A DNA stretch of 64,000 bases from Bacteroidota bacterium (GTDB lineage Bacteria; Bacteroidota; Bacteroidia; Chitinophagales; Chitinophagaceae), in the NCBI GenBank assembly GCA_018268015.1, contig JAFDXJ010000021.1, positions 10,965 to 74,964 on the forward strand, given 5' to 3'. A program made the position numbers and the translations under genes. The notes beneath the pieces were generated by a model, which was not told the DNA's origin, made no database searches, and saw only the letters and a program-made list of their open reading frames with translations. This document shows, piece by piece, positions 48,624 to 57,556 of this stretch; the first letter of the stretch is position 1, and every line of letters starts with the position of its first letter.

Positions 48624-48801
48624 AAAAAACCCCAATTTATAAGCGAAAGATTGGCAATTTAAAGTATGAGAACCCTCATTTGATATTGCCGTAAATTTTC
48701 ATAAAATTTTTTCAATTCTTATAAAAAAATTTATCAGCAAAGGTTGTTTTTATTATTTCTCTTTGGGCTAAAAGAGCTCTATACCAATATGATGTTTCAT
48801 T

Positions 48802-48809
48802 TATCTTTG
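48802..48809 (+). promoter_or_regulatory. -7 box TATCTTTG upstream of pheT
   Basis: Exact TAnnTTTG match, 24 nt before the ATG at 48833. Confidence 0.45.
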
Positions 48810-48832
48810 CCACTCAAATTATATTTCCAAAT

Positions 48833-51259
48833 ATGACAATTTCGTATGAATGGCTATGCAATTATTTGCCGGAAAGACCAGACCCTGAAAAGCTCTCCAA
48901 AATCCTTACATCCATAGGCCTGGAAGTAGAACACATGGAATATCATGACGGTAGTGAAAAAAAATTGAAGGGCTTGGTTGTTGGAGAAATTAAAGAACTC
49001 ACAAAACATCCTCAATCTGATCATCTTTTTATTACTAAAGTAGATGTCGGGCCGGGTAAAATGTTGACGATTGTATGTGGGGCAGCAAATACAGCGTTAC
49101 ATCAAAAAGTTGTGGTAGCAAAGACTGGAGTAACGATTTCACCTTTAACAAAAGATCCTTTTCAAATAAATATTGCGAAGATTCGGGGCGAAAAAAGTGA
49201 AGGCATGTTATGTGCAGAAGATGAGATTGGTATATCGCCAAACCATGAAGGCATTATCGTGCTACCTGATGATGCTGTGCCCGGGATGCCCGTGGACCCT
49301 TATTTTGATAATATACCCTCTGATACGATTTTTGAAATTGGCCTTACACCAAACCGTATGGATGCCATGAGTCATATTGGTGTTGCCAAAGATATTTGTG
49401 CCTGGATGACTTATCACAATAAAAAAAACTGGAAGGCTTCCCTGCCATATCAAAATAATTTTAAAGCGGATTCAAAAGATTCCTTTATTGAAATAGAGGT
49501 AGAAAATTTTAATTCCTGTCCTCGTTATAGTGCGATCAGTATTACAGACGTTACGGTAAAAGACTCGCCGGATTGGTTGCAACAAAGGCTGAAATCAATA
49601 GGCTTAAGTCCTATAAATAATATTGTGGATATTACCAATTTCATTTTACATGAAAGCGGGCAACCTTTACATGCATTTGATCAGGATGCTATCCTGGGTA
49701 AAAAAGTAATTATCAGGCATGCTAAAGAAGGGGAAATTTTTAAAACACTTGATGACAAAGAAAGGAATTTGAATAGAGCTGATTTACTTATCTGTCATGC
49801 CGAAGGTCCCATGTGTATAGCTGGTGTATTTGGTGGTATAGAAAGTAGTGTAAAAAAGGATACTAGAAATATATTTTTAGAAAGCGCCTTTTTCAACCCT
49901 GAAACCATACGTAAAACTTCTACCGGCCATCTCCTGAGGACAGATGCAGCCATTCATTTTGAAAAAGGTGTGGACATTTCAAATACAGTAAATGTTTTAA
50001 AAAGAGCGGCATTACTAATCCGGGAAATTGCAGGTGGTAATATTGGCCCGGTAACAGATATTTATCCCACGCCTAAAGAAAAACCTCAGATAGAATTAAA
50101 ATATCAATACTTAAAAAAATTAACAGGGAAAAATTATCATCCTGAAAATGTAAAGAAAATTCTGGACAGTCTGGAATTTGATTTGCTCAAAGAAGGGGCA
50201 GATTCTTTATGGGTTTCCCCGCCGGAAAGTAAATTAGATATTTTATTGCCAGCCGATATTGTTGAAGAAGTTCTACGAATAGACGGCCTTGATGAAGTAG
50301 AGATCCCCGGTACAATTACCTTTTCTCCATCATTTGATGATAACTCTTCAACAGAAAACCTGGTAAAAAAATTATCTTCCTTTTTTGTATCACAAGGCTT
50401 TCATGAAATCATCACCAATTCACTAACCAATGCTTTGTATTTTTCTGATGATGAAATACAATCTGCTGCTCAACCTATGAATAGCTTAAGTAATGAACTA
50501 AACATTTTAAAACCTCAAATGTTGCCCACAGCACTTGAAGTTATTGCTTTCAATTTGAAACGAAAATTTGAATCCATTAAATTCTTTGAGAAAGGCAAAA
50601 CATATAGTTATACACAAAATGAATACCACGAAACAGAGCATTTCTGTGCTTATATCTCTGGAATGGAATTCCGAAATGGTTGGCAGGTAAAAGAAAAACA
50701 GGCAGATTTCTACTTTACAAAAGGACTTGTGGATGCCGTTTGCAGTTTATGCGGCCTAAAAAATACAAGACTCGGCAAAGCGCAAAAGGATTCAATGGGA
50801 CTTCATTTTACAATTCATTGCTGCGAATTAACACTCGGGAAAATCAGTTTATTAAATGAAAAATATTTAAAAAAATTTGAAATCAATCAGCCGGTTTATT
50901 GTATAGATTTCCTTCTGGACAAGGTATTAGATATGATATCAAATCAATCCATTACTTTTCATGAAATTCCAAAATATCCATCTGCTTCACGCGACCTGGC
51001 CGTATTAACCAATAAAAATACAACCTTTGAACAAGTGCAGGAAGCAGTATTAAAGTTGGACATAAAAATCTTACAACAGATTCATTTATTTGATGTTTTT
51101 CAAAGTGATAAACTGGGTAATGATAAAAAATCATTCGCCATCAATTTCCTCTTTATGGATACCGAAAAAACACTGACAGATTCGATTATTGATGAAAACA
51201 TGCAACGCATCATCCAAACGATTGAAACCAATACCCCAAGTGAAATCAGGAAATCTTAA
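48833..51259 (+). CDS. pheT: Phenylalanine--tRNA ligase beta subunit
   Basis: 808 aa. N-terminal tRNA-binding domain (VVGEIKELTKHPQSDHLFITKVDVG), B3/4 and B5 domains, and a C-terminal FDX-ACB-like domain. Confidence 0.94.
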   Translation: MTISYEWLCNYLPERPDPEKLSKILTSIGLEVEHMEYHDGSEKKLKGLVVGEIKELTKHPQSDHLFITKVDVGPGKMLTIVCGAANTALHQKVVVAKTGVTISPLTKDPFQINIAKIRGEKSEGMLCAEDEIGISPNHEGIIVLPDDAVPGMPVDPYFDNIPSDTIFEIGLTPNRMDAMSHIGVAKDICAWMTYHNKKNWKASLPYQNNFKADSKDSFIEIEVENFNSCPRYSAISITDVTVKDSPDWLQQRLKSIGLSPINNIVDITNFILHESGQPLHAFDQDAILGKKVIIRHAKEGEIFKTLDDKERNLNRADLLICHAEGPMCIAGVFGGIESSVKKDTRNIFLESAFFNPETIRKTSTGHLLRTDAAIHFEKGVDISNTVNVLKRAALLIREIAGGNIGPVTDIYPTPKEKPQIELKYQYLKKLTGKNYHPENVKKILDSLEFDLLKEGADSLWVSPPESKLDILLPADIVEEVLRIDGLDEVEIPGTITFSPSFDDNSSTENLVKKLSSFFVSQGFHEIITNSLTNALYFSDDEIQSAAQPMNSLSNELNILKPQMLPTALEVIAFNLKRKFESIKFFEKGKTYSYTQNEYHETEHFCAYISGMEFRNGWQVKEKQADFYFTKGLVDAVCSLCGLKNTRLGKAQKDSMGLHFTIHCCELTLGKISLLNEKYLKKFEINQPVYCIDFLLDKVLDMISNQSITFHEIPKYPSASRDLAVLTNKNTTFEQVQEAVLKLDIKILQQIHLFDVFQSDKLGNDKKSFAINFLFMDTEKTLTDSIIDENMQRIIQTIETNTPSEIRKS

Positions 51260-51294
51260 AAATGCTTAAATTCACCCTGAATTAATGAATTAAA

Positions 51295-51579
51295 ATGGAT
51301 TTGCATGATCAAATAAAAGTTTTCCAGGATAAGCTACAAGCTTTGGTAAAGAAATTTTTGGCCAGTCAAAAAGAGAACATCAGCCTGAAATCAGAACTGG
51401 ATAAATGTAAAAAAGAATTGAAAGAAAAAGAGCGACAGGTGGAAGAACTTCAACAAAAAGTTGATATACTACACCTGAAAACGACATCTATGGATGAATC
51501 AGCCAAAAAAGAATTAAGCAAAAGAATTCAAAATTATATTGAAGATATAGAGAAATGCATTCAGTCATTAAAAAAATAA
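51295..51579 (+). CDS. Small coiled-coil protein upstream of zapA (function unknown)
   Basis: 94 aa with heptad-rich, charged sequence (KELKEKERQVEELQQKVDIL). Ends 8 nt before zapA. Confidence 0.5.
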   Translation: MDLHDQIKVFQDKLQALVKKFLASQKENISLKSELDKCKKELKEKERQVEELQQKVDILHLKTTSMDESAKKELSKRIQNYIEDIEKCIQSLKK

Positions 51580-51586
51580 ATGTGGC

Positions 51587-51883
51587 ATGGAGGAAATGAT
51601 TACCGCCAATATCTTAATTGGAGACCGCACCTACCGGCTCAAAGTAGCCTCTGTTGATGAAGGAAAATTACGAAATACCGTAAAACTAATTAATGAAAAA
51701 GTGCTTGAATATAAGACACTTTTCGCGGGGAAAGATATGCAGGATTATATCTCCATGGCCTTATTATGGTTTGCGACTGAACAAAACAAAACCGGTGAAG
51801 CGGCTATTCAAATGAAATCCGTTTCGGCAAGTTTACATAATTTACAAGCGCAAATTGAAAAAGCACTAAAATCAGATAGCTGA
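51587..51883 (+). CDS. zapA: Cell division protein ZapA
   Basis: ZapA pattern ILIGDRTYRLKV...MALLWFATEQ followed by a coiled-coil tail. Confidence 0.8.
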   Translation: MEEMITANILIGDRTYRLKVASVDEGKLRNTVKLINEKVLEYKTLFAGKDMQDYISMALLWFATEQNKTGEAAIQMKSVSASLHNLQAQIEKALKSDS

Positions 51884-51897
51884 TAATTCTGGAAAAA

Positions 51898-52302
51898 TTA
51901 ATGGATATTAAATGTGTATACCGGTGAAAAACCGCCAAAACTGCCATCTTTCAAAGTATATCTGATCATATAATAGACCGGGTTTCCTTTGGGCTGACTA
52001 TCATTAAAGGCAAAGGATTGTACCAGGTTATTGGAGAGTAGGGGAATATGATAAATAGTGCAAAATGTATTGATATTTGATCCACTCATCAATTCCATTG
52101 AGGCCACATTACCGGAAACCTGTGCTGAAAAATTTAATAGCACATTGGAGTTATCCCCGGGGGCAGCGCTAAAATTTGAAATCTCAACATTACTATCCTG
52201 GAAGAAAATAGTTGTTGCTGCTCCGGAATCCGGAGCAGCAACCTCTTTTGTGCAAGAGAAACAAATTCCTGCAAGCAGGGCAAATAAGAAAATTCTTTTC
52301 AC
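51898..52302 (-). CDS. Small lipoprotein, function unknown
   Basis: Leader MKRIFLFALLAGICFSC with a lipobox-like Cys. No recognisable domain. Confidence 0.5.
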   Translation of the reverse strand: MKRIFLFALLAGICFSCTKEVAAPDSGAATTIFFQDSNVEISNFSAAPGDNSNVLLNFSAQVSGNVASMELMSGSNINTFCTIYHIPLLSNNLVQSFAFNDSQPKGNPVYYMIRYTLKDGSFGGFSPVYTFNIH

Positions 52303-52420
52303 AAAAAAATTCTAAATTGAAAATTATAAGGTGGACTATAAAACGGGCATTTAGTAATAACAATAAAAATGCCAACTTGATAAAATTCATTTTCATTTAA
52401 TTATCAACATTTTACAAAAC

Positions 52421-52462
52421 ATGTTTCACAAAATATGTTTCATATTGGGAAACTATAGTTTC
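52421..52462. repeat. GTTTC/GAAAC repeat array: two direct ATGTTTCA copies plus a perfect 14-bp palindrome GAAACTATAGTTTC
   Basis: ATGTTTCA at 52421-52428 and 52435-52442. The palindrome is at 52449-52462. The array lies 43-84 nt upstream of the rny -7-like box. Confidence 0.6.
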
Positions 52463-52504
52463 AAAAAGGGAAAAACAATCGAATTGATTTCAATCGCTTT
52501 CTGC

Positions 52505-52512
52505 TATCTTCG
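52505..52512 (+). promoter_or_regulatory. Imperfect -7 box TATCTTCG upstream of rny
   Basis: 7/8 match to TAnnTTTG, 75 nt before the ATG at 52587. Confidence 0.3.
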
Positions 52513-52586
52513 CGAATCAAAACACATTTAAAACATTTCCCTCAATACCGCGGGATGTCGTATTTCATCATATTCAAAATCAACAA

Positions 52587-54152
52587 ATGAACCCAATAAT
52601 TATATATTTTATCATAGGCATTGTGGCTATTGCTATAGGAATTTTCCTGGGTAAAATCCTGTTTGCTAAAAACACTCAAATAAAAATAGATGAAGCAGAA
52701 AAAAATGCAAGGAAAATCATAGATGAAGCAGAAATAAGAGCGGAAACCATTAAAAAAGAAAGGATACTGGAAGCAAAGGAAAAATTTGTTCAACTTAAAG
52801 CAGACCTGGATAAAGAAACCTTTGACAGGAATAAGAAATTAAGCGAAAATGAAAACAGAATTAAGCAGAAAGAAATTTCAATCAATCAAAAAGATAATTC
52901 TATTGAAAGGCAATTGAAAGAAAATGAAGCCATTAAAGAAAATTTGAATAAACAAATTGAAGTAGTCAATAGAAAAAGAACGGAACTGGAAAAACATCAG
53001 GAGGAACATATCAGGAGACTTGAAAAAATTTCGGGTCTCAGTTCTGAAGAAGCAAAGCAACAACTGATCGAAAGCTTAAAACAGGAAGCACAAACAAGTG
53101 CTTTATCCATACAACAGGAGATTATTGAAGAAGCGAAAATCAAAGCAAATAAAGAAGCCCGGAAAATAGTCATTCAATCTATTCAAAGAACGGCAGCTGA
53201 ACAAACTATAGAAAATACCGTCTCTGTTTTTAACCTGGAGTCTGATGAAATAAAAGGTCAGATTATAGGCCGCGAAGGACGAAATATCCGTGCTATAGAA
53301 GCCGCGACAGGGGTGGATCTCATTGTAGATGATACCCCCGAAGCGATATTGCTTTCCTGTTTTGATCCCCTTCGCCGTGAAATAGCCCGACTGAGTTTGC
53401 AACGCTTAGTGGCCGATGGACGGATTCACCCTGCAAGGATTGAAGAAGTGGTTGAAAAAACAAGAAAACAAATTGAAGAACAAATCATTGAAATTGGGGA
53501 AAGAACCGTAATAGACCTGGGTATTCATGGCCTGCATAAAGAATTGGTTCGGATCATTGGTAAAATGCGGTTTCGATCTTCTTATGGCCAAAATTTACTC
53601 ATGCATAGCCGGGAAGTGGCCAATTTGTGCGGGCTCATGGCTTCTGAATTAGGTATTAATCCCAAACTGGCCAGAAGAGCTGGATTATTACATGATATAG
53701 GAAAAGTACCTGATGAAGAAACAGAATTAAGCCATGCACTTTTAGGAGCAAAACTGGCTGAAAAATTTGGTGAAAACCCGGCTGTTGTCAATGCCATTGG
53801 TGCCCATCATGATGAAATTGAAATGCAATATGTCATATCCCCAATTGTGCAAGCCTGTGATGCCATCAGTGGGGCGAGGCCCGGTGCCAGAAGGGAAATG
53901 ATGCAACAATATATCCAACGGATTAAAGACTTGGAAACACTTGCTATATCTTATCCAGGAGTGGAAAAAGCATTCGCTATTCAAGCTGGTCGGGAATTAC
54001 GGGTAATTGTAGAAGCAGATAAAGTATCCGATGCGGAAAGCGATACCATTAGTTTTGAATTGGCGCAAAAAATCCAGACGGAAATGAAATACCCGGGTCA
54101 AATAAAGGTGATCGTTATCCGTGAAAAGCGTGCAATTCATGTGGCCAGATAA
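52587..54152 (+). CDS. rny: Ribonuclease Y
   Basis: N-terminal TM helix, long coiled coil, KH domain ([13 protein letters not shown]), and HD domain (LLHDIGK...GAHHDE). Confidence 0.95.
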   Translation: MNPIIIYFIIGIVAIAIGIFLGKILFAKNTQIKIDEAEKNARKIIDEAEIRAETIKKERILEAKEKFVQLKADLDKETFDRNKKLSENENRIKQKEISINQKDNSIERQLKENEAIKENLNKQIEVVNRKRTELEKHQEEHIRRLEKISGLSSEEAKQQLIESLKQEAQTSALSIQQEIIEEAKIKANKEARKIVIQSIQRTAAEQTIENTVSVFNLESDEIKGQIIGREGRNIRAIEAATGVDLIVDDTPEAILLSCFDPLRREIARLSLQRLVADGRIHPARIEEVVEKTRKQIEEQIIEIGERTVIDLGIHGLHKELVRIIGKMRFRSSYGQNLLMHSREVANLCGLMASELGINPKLARRAGLLHDIGKVPDEETELSHALLGAKLAEKFGENPAVVNAIGAHHDEIEMQYVISPIVQACDAISGARPGARREMMQQYIQRIKDLETLAISYPGVEKAFAIQAGRELRVIVEADKVSDAESDTISFELAQKIQTEMKYPGQIKVIVIREKRAIHVAR

Positions 54153-54190
54153 ATTATTTGATAAATTTCTGCATTTTCCATATTTTCTTT

Positions 54191-54198
54191 TACCTTTG
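54191..54198 (+). promoter_or_regulatory. -7 box TACCTTTG upstream of rplS
   Basis: Exact TAnnTTTG match, 22 nt before the ATG at 54220. Confidence 0.45.
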
Positions 54199-54219
54199 CA
54201 ATCCTTAAAAATTTGAGCC

Positions 54220-54570
54220 ATGAATGCAGCCGTACAATTTGTACATGATCAACTGACCGGTAAAAAAGAATTCCCAAAGTTTAAAGCGGGGGATAATATT
54301 GCCGTTAGCTATAAAATTATTGAAGGTGGAAAAGAGCGAATCCAGATATTCCGTGGCGATGTTTTAAAAATACAAGGGACTGGAACAACAGCAACTTTCA
54401 CAGTGAGAAAAATTTCTGACGGGGTGGGTGTCGAAAGAGTTTTCCCTTTTTTCTCCCCAAATGTAGATGCAATTATTCTCAATAAAAAAGGTAAAGTGCG
54501 TAGGTCAAAATTGTATTATCTCCGCGAAAGAAGTGGTAAAAGGGCAAGAATCAAAGAAAGAAGATTCTAA
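54220..54570 (+). CDS. rplS: 50S ribosomal protein L19
   Basis: 116 aa with the L19 pattern FKAGDNIAVSYKIIEGGKERIQIFRGDVL...VERVFPFFSP. Confidence 0.96.
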   Translation: MNAAVQFVHDQLTGKKEFPKFKAGDNIAVSYKIIEGGKERIQIFRGDVLKIQGTGTTATFTVRKISDGVGVERVFPFFSPNVDAIILNKKGKVRRSKLYYLRERSGKRARIKERRF

Positions 54571-54692
54571 ACAACTGCATTTCAAAAACTGCAGCTTTCT
54601 ATTGAAAAATGAGCTTTTAAAATTTTTGTTAGAATCTGTTTTCGCTATTCTTTTCTTTATACCTTTGTTCTTCACATTATTAAATTATTATT

Positions 54693-54929
54693 ATGGGCAA
54701 CTTAGGATTTCAAGAAATATTATTAATAGCAATTGTTATACTTGTCCTTTTTGGAAGCCGCAAAATTCCCGAATTTATGCGTGGCTTGGGTAAAGGTATC
54801 CGGGAATTCAATGATGCCAAGGATAATGTAAAGAAAGAGCTCGAAGACGGAATGAAACAACAAAATACCGTTTCTCAACAGCCAACAGCTTCTTCTACTC
54901 CTGCAAGCACGACTCAGCAACCGTCATAA
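54693..54929 (+). CDS. tatA: Twin-arginine translocase subunit TatA/E
   Basis: N-terminal TM helix plus amphipathic helix: LLIAIVILVLFGSRKIPEFMRGLGKGIREF. Confidence 0.92.
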   Translation: MGNLGFQEILLIAIVILVLFGSRKIPEFMRGLGKGIREFNDAKDNVKKELEDGMKQQNTVSQQPTASSTPASTTQQPS

Positions 54930-54938
54930 GAAGCCGTT

Positions 54939-56372
54939 TTGTTTACATTTGTTTCCATTCAGGACTATCACCTGCAGTTAGTTCATGGTCGTCAAACCTG
55001 TGTTCAGGCAGTAACCCATTATATCAGGGAAATCCAGCTTCAAAACCATTTGAATGCGTTTATTGAAACATTCAAAGATGAGGCATTAGCAAGAGCATCC
55101 GAATTGGATGCAGAAATAAAAGAAGGCAAACCCCTACGTAAACTTCATGGAGTAGTTATTGGAATAAAAGATAATATTTGCTATAAAGACCATTTCATTT
55201 CTGCCGGATCAAATATCCTACGGCATTTCAAATCGCTCTATTCGGCTACTGTTATTGAACGAATCCTTGCTGAAGGCGCAATTATTATTGGCAGGCAAAA
55301 TTGTGATGAATTTGCCATGGGAAACAGAAATGAAAATCCTGTTTATGGTCCTGTCAAAAATCAGCTTGATAACACAAGAATTTCCGGGGGCTCTTCAGGA
55401 GGCTCCGCTGTAGCAGTACAAGCCAGCTTGTGCATGGCTTCCTTAGGAAGTGATACAGGAGGTTCTGTGAGACAACCTGCCGACCATTGCGGTGTGATCG
55501 GCTTTAAACCTAGTTATGGTATGATTTCCAGGCATGGACTCATTGCTTACGCTTCATCTTTTGACCAGATTGGAATCATCGCAAACAATATTGATGATAT
55601 AGAAAAAATCTTCCATATTCTATCCGGGGAAGATGGTTTTGACAGTACAGTCCTTCCAAACGTGCGTACGGATTCAGCCATAGAAACTAAGCCGGTAAAA
55701 TCAACTTCTAAAATTGCCTGGCTGCCGGAAACGCTGCATCATACTAGCCTGGATCCGGAAATCAAAACGGGCCTAAAAAATACACTCGAATCACTTCAAA
55801 AAGAGGGGCATCTTGTAGAAGCAGTTCCATTTCCTTTAATTGATTTTATTGTTCCCGCATATTACATTTTAACCACAGCAGAAGCCTCATCCAATTTATC
55901 CAGATATGATGGCGTACGTTATGGTTATAGAAAAGCCATGCAGACATCAGATTTATTTGACTTTTATGCAAAAAATCGAAGTGAAGGATTTGGGTGGGAA
56001 GTAAAGAAAAGAATCATGCTGGGGACTTTTGTTTTGAGTGCTGGTTATTTTGACCAATATTTTAAGAAAGCTCAACAGGTCCGTAAATTAATAATACAAT
56101 TATCCGAGAAAATCTTTCAACAATATGATTTTATTCTATTACCCACTGTACCACAAGTCCCAGATCGTATAGGAACAAGTGGCGAAAGCAGCACAAGTGG
56201 CTATTTATCAGATATTTATACAGTATTTGCCAACCTGGCAGGGATTCCCGCAATTAGTTTACCCATTTATAAGCATACTTCCGGCATGGTATTTGGTATT
56301 CAGGCGATGTCATCTCAAAAAAATGATATACCTTTGCTCCGGTTTTCAGAAACACTATTGAAAAAGCATTAG
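54939..56372 (+). CDS. gatA: Asp-tRNA(Asn)/Glu-tRNA(Gln) amidotransferase subunit A
   Basis: Amidase signature GGSSGGSAVAV...GSDTGGSVRQPA. TTG start. Confidence 0.92.
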   Translation: MFTFVSIQDYHLQLVHGRQTCVQAVTHYIREIQLQNHLNAFIETFKDEALARASELDAEIKEGKPLRKLHGVVIGIKDNICYKDHFISAGSNILRHFKSLYSATVIERILAEGAIIIGRQNCDEFAMGNRNENPVYGPVKNQLDNTRISGGSSGGSAVAVQASLCMASLGSDTGGSVRQPADHCGVIGFKPSYGMISRHGLIAYASSFDQIGIIANNIDDIEKIFHILSGEDGFDSTVLPNVRTDSAIETKPVKSTSKIAWLPETLHHTSLDPEIKTGLKNTLESLQKEGHLVEAVPFPLIDFIVPAYYILTTAEASSNLSRYDGVRYGYRKAMQTSDLFDFYAKNRSEGFGWEVKKRIMLGTFVLSAGYFDQYFKKAQQVRKLIIQLSEKIFQQYDFILLPTVPQVPDRIGTSGESSTSGYLSDIYTVFANLAGIPAISLPIYKHTSGMVFGIQAMSSQKNDIPLLRFSETLLKKH

Positions 56373-56474
56373 GTTTAAGCATGATTTCGAGGAGAAATGC
56401 ATAAAATCTGTTAGGGTCTTTAATCATTTTCTTTTTAACCCGGCAGATTCTTTTTCAACGTTAAAAACTAGAAA

Positions 56475-57554
56475 ATGAAACAAAAGTTCTTTCAGCTTAA
56501 AAGCTTTTTTTCGATTCATACTTTTAAGTTCTCTGCAGGTCTCGCTGTAGCGATGCTTTTCACGATTTCAATTATGTCATTTACGGATGACAGCCATTAC
56601 AATATGAGGATGATTTCCTCAATGAAAGACAGTACCGATTCCATCAAAAAATTTAAAAATCTACTCCCGGATGATTCCAATATTTCATCCAATATGGAGA
56701 ATGTCAGGGTGGCTTTAAACCCACAAGCTGTTTCCTTTGTAAATGCCTACATCAAAAGAGAAAAAACAGACCTTACAAAAATGAAGGATTGGGCAAAGCC
56801 GTATTTTGCTCTTTATGATAAAATTCTTACTGAAAACGGCATCCCTGTACAAATGAAATATTTATCTGTTATTGAAAGCAGTCTGCAGCCCAATTTGGTT
56901 TCATGGGCAGGTGCAAAAGGCCCATGGCAATTAATGCCTGATGAAGCTAAACGATATGGTTTATTAGGTAAAAATGGAAAAGATGGACGGACAGATTTTA
57001 CTCAAAGTACGATTGCTGCCTGTAAGTTAATGAATGAACTCTATGATGAATTTGGCAACTGGATGTTAGTCGTAGCAGCCTATAATGCCGGCGAAGGAGG
57101 GGTTAGAAAAGCCATTAACAAGGCCGGTAGTGATAATTTCTGGGATATCCAATATTATCTGCCGACTGAAACAAGGAATCATGTAAAAAAATTCATTGCT
57201 ACCCAATATTTTTTTGAAGGAAGTGGCGGTCTTACCACCATGACCGTTTCAGAAATCAAAAATTATAAAAATACGCAGGCGTCTCTTGCTCAAACTGAAA
57301 ACACAAGCCCCGATGGAATAGTATCAATTCCTGTAGAAGGAAAATACCTGGCTTCTGTCATTGCATCAAATTTAGAAATGGATTTGACAACTTTCAATAA
57401 GCTAAACCCTGCTTTCAATGGTACCATGAAGAGTGGCAAACAATATTCATTAAATTTACCTGAAGAGAAAGCAGATATTTTCCAGGCACGCAAACAAATC
57501 ATTTTAAAAGAAAGCGTTGCCAATATGCTTTCAAATGCAAATCTGAGTTTGTAA
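56475..57554 (+). CDS. Lytic transglycosylase (SLT domain) with a C-terminal LysM-like domain, MltD-like
   Basis: SLT motifs VIESSLQP, GPWQLMP and AAYNAGEGGV. The C-terminal segment is LysM-like (YLASVIASNLEMDLTTFNKLNP). Confidence 0.85.
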   Translation: MKQKFFQLKSFFSIHTFKFSAGLAVAMLFTISIMSFTDDSHYNMRMISSMKDSTDSIKKFKNLLPDDSNISSNMENVRVALNPQAVSFVNAYIKREKTDLTKMKDWAKPYFALYDKILTENGIPVQMKYLSVIESSLQPNLVSWAGAKGPWQLMPDEAKRYGLLGKNGKDGRTDFTQSTIAACKLMNELYDEFGNWMLVVAAYNAGEGGVRKAINKAGSDNFWDIQYYLPTETRNHVKKFIATQYFFEGSGGLTTMTVSEIKNYKNTQASLAQTENTSPDGIVSIPVEGKYLASVIASNLEMDLTTFNKLNPAFNGTMKSGKQYSLNLPEEKADIFQARKQIILKESVANMLSNANLSL

Positions 57555-57556
57555 TA

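Noticed and set aside
52193-52396. 67-aa ORF with a signal-peptide-like N-terminus (MKMNFIKLAFLLLLLNA) overlapping the lipoprotein gene start.
   Set aside because: It is out of frame with, and overlaps, the better-supported 134-aa lipoprotein gene. The hydrophobic N-terminus is expected from T-rich DNA.
51884-52586. 6S RNA (ssrS) downstream of zapA, by analogy with the E. coli zapA-ssrS arrangement.
   Set aside because: The space right after zapA is occupied by a convergent lipoprotein gene. The remaining 285-bp spacer is AT-rich with no long imperfect duplex of the 6S type visible.
54659-54667. TAACCTTTG upstream of tatA as a -7 box.
   Set aside because: It has one extra nucleotide relative to TAnnTTTG (AACCTTTG is a 7/8 match). 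Plausible, but not an exact match, so it was not annotated.
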